From contig JAEOTC010000060.1 of NCBI GenBank assembly GCA_016840035.1, forward strand, positions 1-28,746: a stretch of 28,746 nucleotides of DNA, read 5' to 3'. The stretch's first letter is position 1, and each line of letters opens with the position of its first letter. Both the position numbers and the translations under genes were made by a program. Positions 27,253 through 28,746 of the stretch are shown here, piece by piece. The DNA is from Candidatus Hodarchaeota archaeon. Its GTDB lineage: Archaea > Asgardarchaeota > Heimdallarchaeia > Hodarchaeales > Hodarchaeaceae. The notes beneath the pieces are model-generated. The model searched no databases. It was not told where the DNA came from and saw nothing but the letters and a program-made list of their open reading frames with translations.

Positions 27253-28746
27253 TTAGAATTTCTTCCGTTTCCTCGTGCGGACCACTGTTGCAAGCATACC
27301 AAGTACAAACAAAATCAGGGCTAGTTCAAACCCTGGAGCTTGTTTGGGGGAATAACCATGTTCACCATGATTAATCGGCCACTCTAAGGCTGATGCACCT
27401 GTTGCAAAAGCGACTGCATCATCCGTTATCGATGCAGTAGCTCCCCAGACAGTCTTTACAGTACCATTCTGCTGCCATTGAGTGAAGTATGTTGTGGGAA
27501 ACGGTTTGTTTCTAAAACCGACAGTTGACTTTGTATACAAGTCATGGACAGTAATACTACCGTATGGTGTGCTTTCAGTTCCTGGTACTGGTGCAACAAC
27601 TTTCGTTCCGTTTGGTAAGAAATCAGCTAATATTAACTGGGGCCCCGGTTCACTAGTGAACTTATATTGCCATGCTGCGCCAACCATATCTGTATCTGCT
27701 AATGCAGCTTGAATATCAGCTTTATCAAAAGAATCAGCTCTTTCGATAGCTTCTTTCAAGATATAAACTGCATCATAACTGAAAGTAGCGGTATAGGTTG
27801 GATCTTCACCCCACATCTCATCATATCCAGATTTGTACCCTAGGGTTTTTGCAGTGGGTGTTAGGTCTGGAGGATTGGGATGCATTGTGATTTCACCATA
27901 CGCGCCGCCTTCTGTCTCTTCATAATATGTACTCGATTGAGCTTCTACATTAATACCAGCTAACATTTGTGACATGTTTTCATTAAACCATGCCTGTGTG
28001 ACATGCTTTCCTACGGGAGCAGAGAAGATCGGCATTAGTGCATCGACATCAGCACCCACATTGGCTAGTGCGGCAGCTACTGCATCAAGACCTGCATCTT
28101 GACCTACAGTAATGTCAGCTGTAAACTCAACAGCTTTAGCAGTAACATTATAGAGTGGAAGATAAGTACCAAGATAGAATTGTACCAGTTTTGATAGGGG
28201 AGGAGTCCAAGCGACATCTTCACGTACAATTGTGACTTTATCAACACCCATGTTTAACAAACCAAAACCGTATAAATCAATAAGTCCAAAAGCAAGGAGA
28301 CTTCCATTGGAGGGACCAACTCTCCAGTAATAGGGAGATATCAATTGCGCTGTTGAACCTACACCTAAGAAAGGAGTTCCAGTTGTGCCTAAGTTGGCTT
28401 GAATACCCCACATAACTTCTGTTCGGAATCCACCAACAATCGCCACAACTTCATCATCAACTGTCAATTTTGATAATGCTGTTAGGGCTTTATCAGTGTC
28501 AGGGAGACCTGTAGTCCCAGAATTGTCTTCAATGTAGACTTCAAAGTCATATGCAGTTCCGCCTACCATTACGCCGTCACCACTGTTGATCTCATCGACG
28601 GCTAATTCAATTCCTTTTCGCATGTCCTTACCAGGGGTAATTGATAAAGGGCCTAAACCCCCGATTTTAATAACATCTCTAGCCGTTTTGGCAGGCACCA
28701 AATCGACTGAGGTGGATAAGAACATGGCCAAAAGAATAGAAATTAA
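27253..28746 (-). CDS. livK: LivK-type ABC substrate-binding protein with C-terminal PGF-CTERM-like anchor (N-terminus runs off the window)
   Basis: IKIGGLGPLS..GIELAVDEIN, YDAVYILKEAIERA; C-terminus APGFE + TM helix + RTRKRKKF. The frame is open to base 28746 (LISILLAMF.., tail of a signal peptide). Confidence 0.88.
   Translation of the reverse strand, partial: LISILLAMFLSTSVDLVPAKTARDVIKIGGLGPLSITPGKDMRKGIELAVDEINSGDGVMVGGTAYDFEVYIEDNSGTTGLPDTDKALTALSKLTVDDEVVAIVGGFRTEVMWGIQANLGTTGTPFLGVGSTAQLISPYYWRVGPSNGSLLAFGLIDLYGFGLLNMGVDKVTIVREDVAWTPPLSKLVQFYLGTYLPLYNVTAKAVEFTADITVGQDAGLDAVAAALANVGADVDALMPIFSAPVGKHVTQAWFNENMSQMLAGINVEAQSSTYYEETEGGAYGEITMHPNPPDLTPTAKTLGYKSGYDEMWGEDPTYTATFSYDAVYILKEAIERADSFDKADIQAALADTDMVGAAWQYKFTSEPGPQLILADFLPNGTKVVAPVPGTESTPYGSITVHDLYTKSTVGFRNKPFPTTYFTQWQQNGTVKTVWGATASITDDAVAFATGASALEWPINHGEHGYSPKQAPGFELALILFVLGMLATVVRTRKRKKF

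Noticed and set aside
4121-27712. Remaining 60-108 aa ORFs overlapping larger genes (e.g. 4695-4949, 12658-12936, 13561-13944, 24062-24388, 27482-27712)
   Set aside because: They lie antisense or out of frame within well-supported genes and have no recognisable motifs.
1-28746. CRISPR arrays, tRNA/rRNA genes, IS elements, inteins
   Set aside because: No spaced direct repeats, GC-rich structured RNA-length intergenic stretch, transposase or intein-sized insertion was seen. Intergenic gaps are all about 210 nt or shorter. Checked by eye only.

Overview
AT-rich archaeal chromosomal segment, most consistent with an Asgard archaeon (Heimdallarchaeia/Hodarchaeales-like). This is inferred from the archaeal RadA, XPD and Hef homologues, GGTGA/GGAGG ribosome-binding sites, TATA boxes, oligo-T terminators and a PGF-CTERM anchor. 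There are four blocks. (1) <1-4008: a secreted multi-Ig-domain surface protein of at least 1336 aa that the ORF track missed. (2) 4174-16366: a tightly packed, partly overlapping DNA recombination/repair cluster. It holds an atypical RadA, a catalytically degenerate HerA/VirB4-like protein with a winged helix, an intact Fe-S XPD helicase, a catalytically dead Hef/FANCM-like pseudohelicase, a small Cys/His protein, an MmcB-like PD-(D/E)xK nuclease, a TPR/Zn-ribbon protein split by a -1 frameshift at A_AAA_AAT, a membrane-anchored acidic protein and a TPR-fused Hrq1/YprA (DUF1998) helicase. (3) 16579-20519: luxE-like and luxC-like acyl reductase genes without luxAB/luxD, then a Cys-rich protein and a HEAT-repeat protein. 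(4) 20641->28746: a LivKHMGF-type ABC importer, an MBL-fold hydrolase and a tandem Lrp/AsnC regulator. The best candidate for an undescribed system is block 2, which pairs intact helicases with several pseudoenzymes. No rRNA, tRNA, CRISPR array or transposase was recognised.
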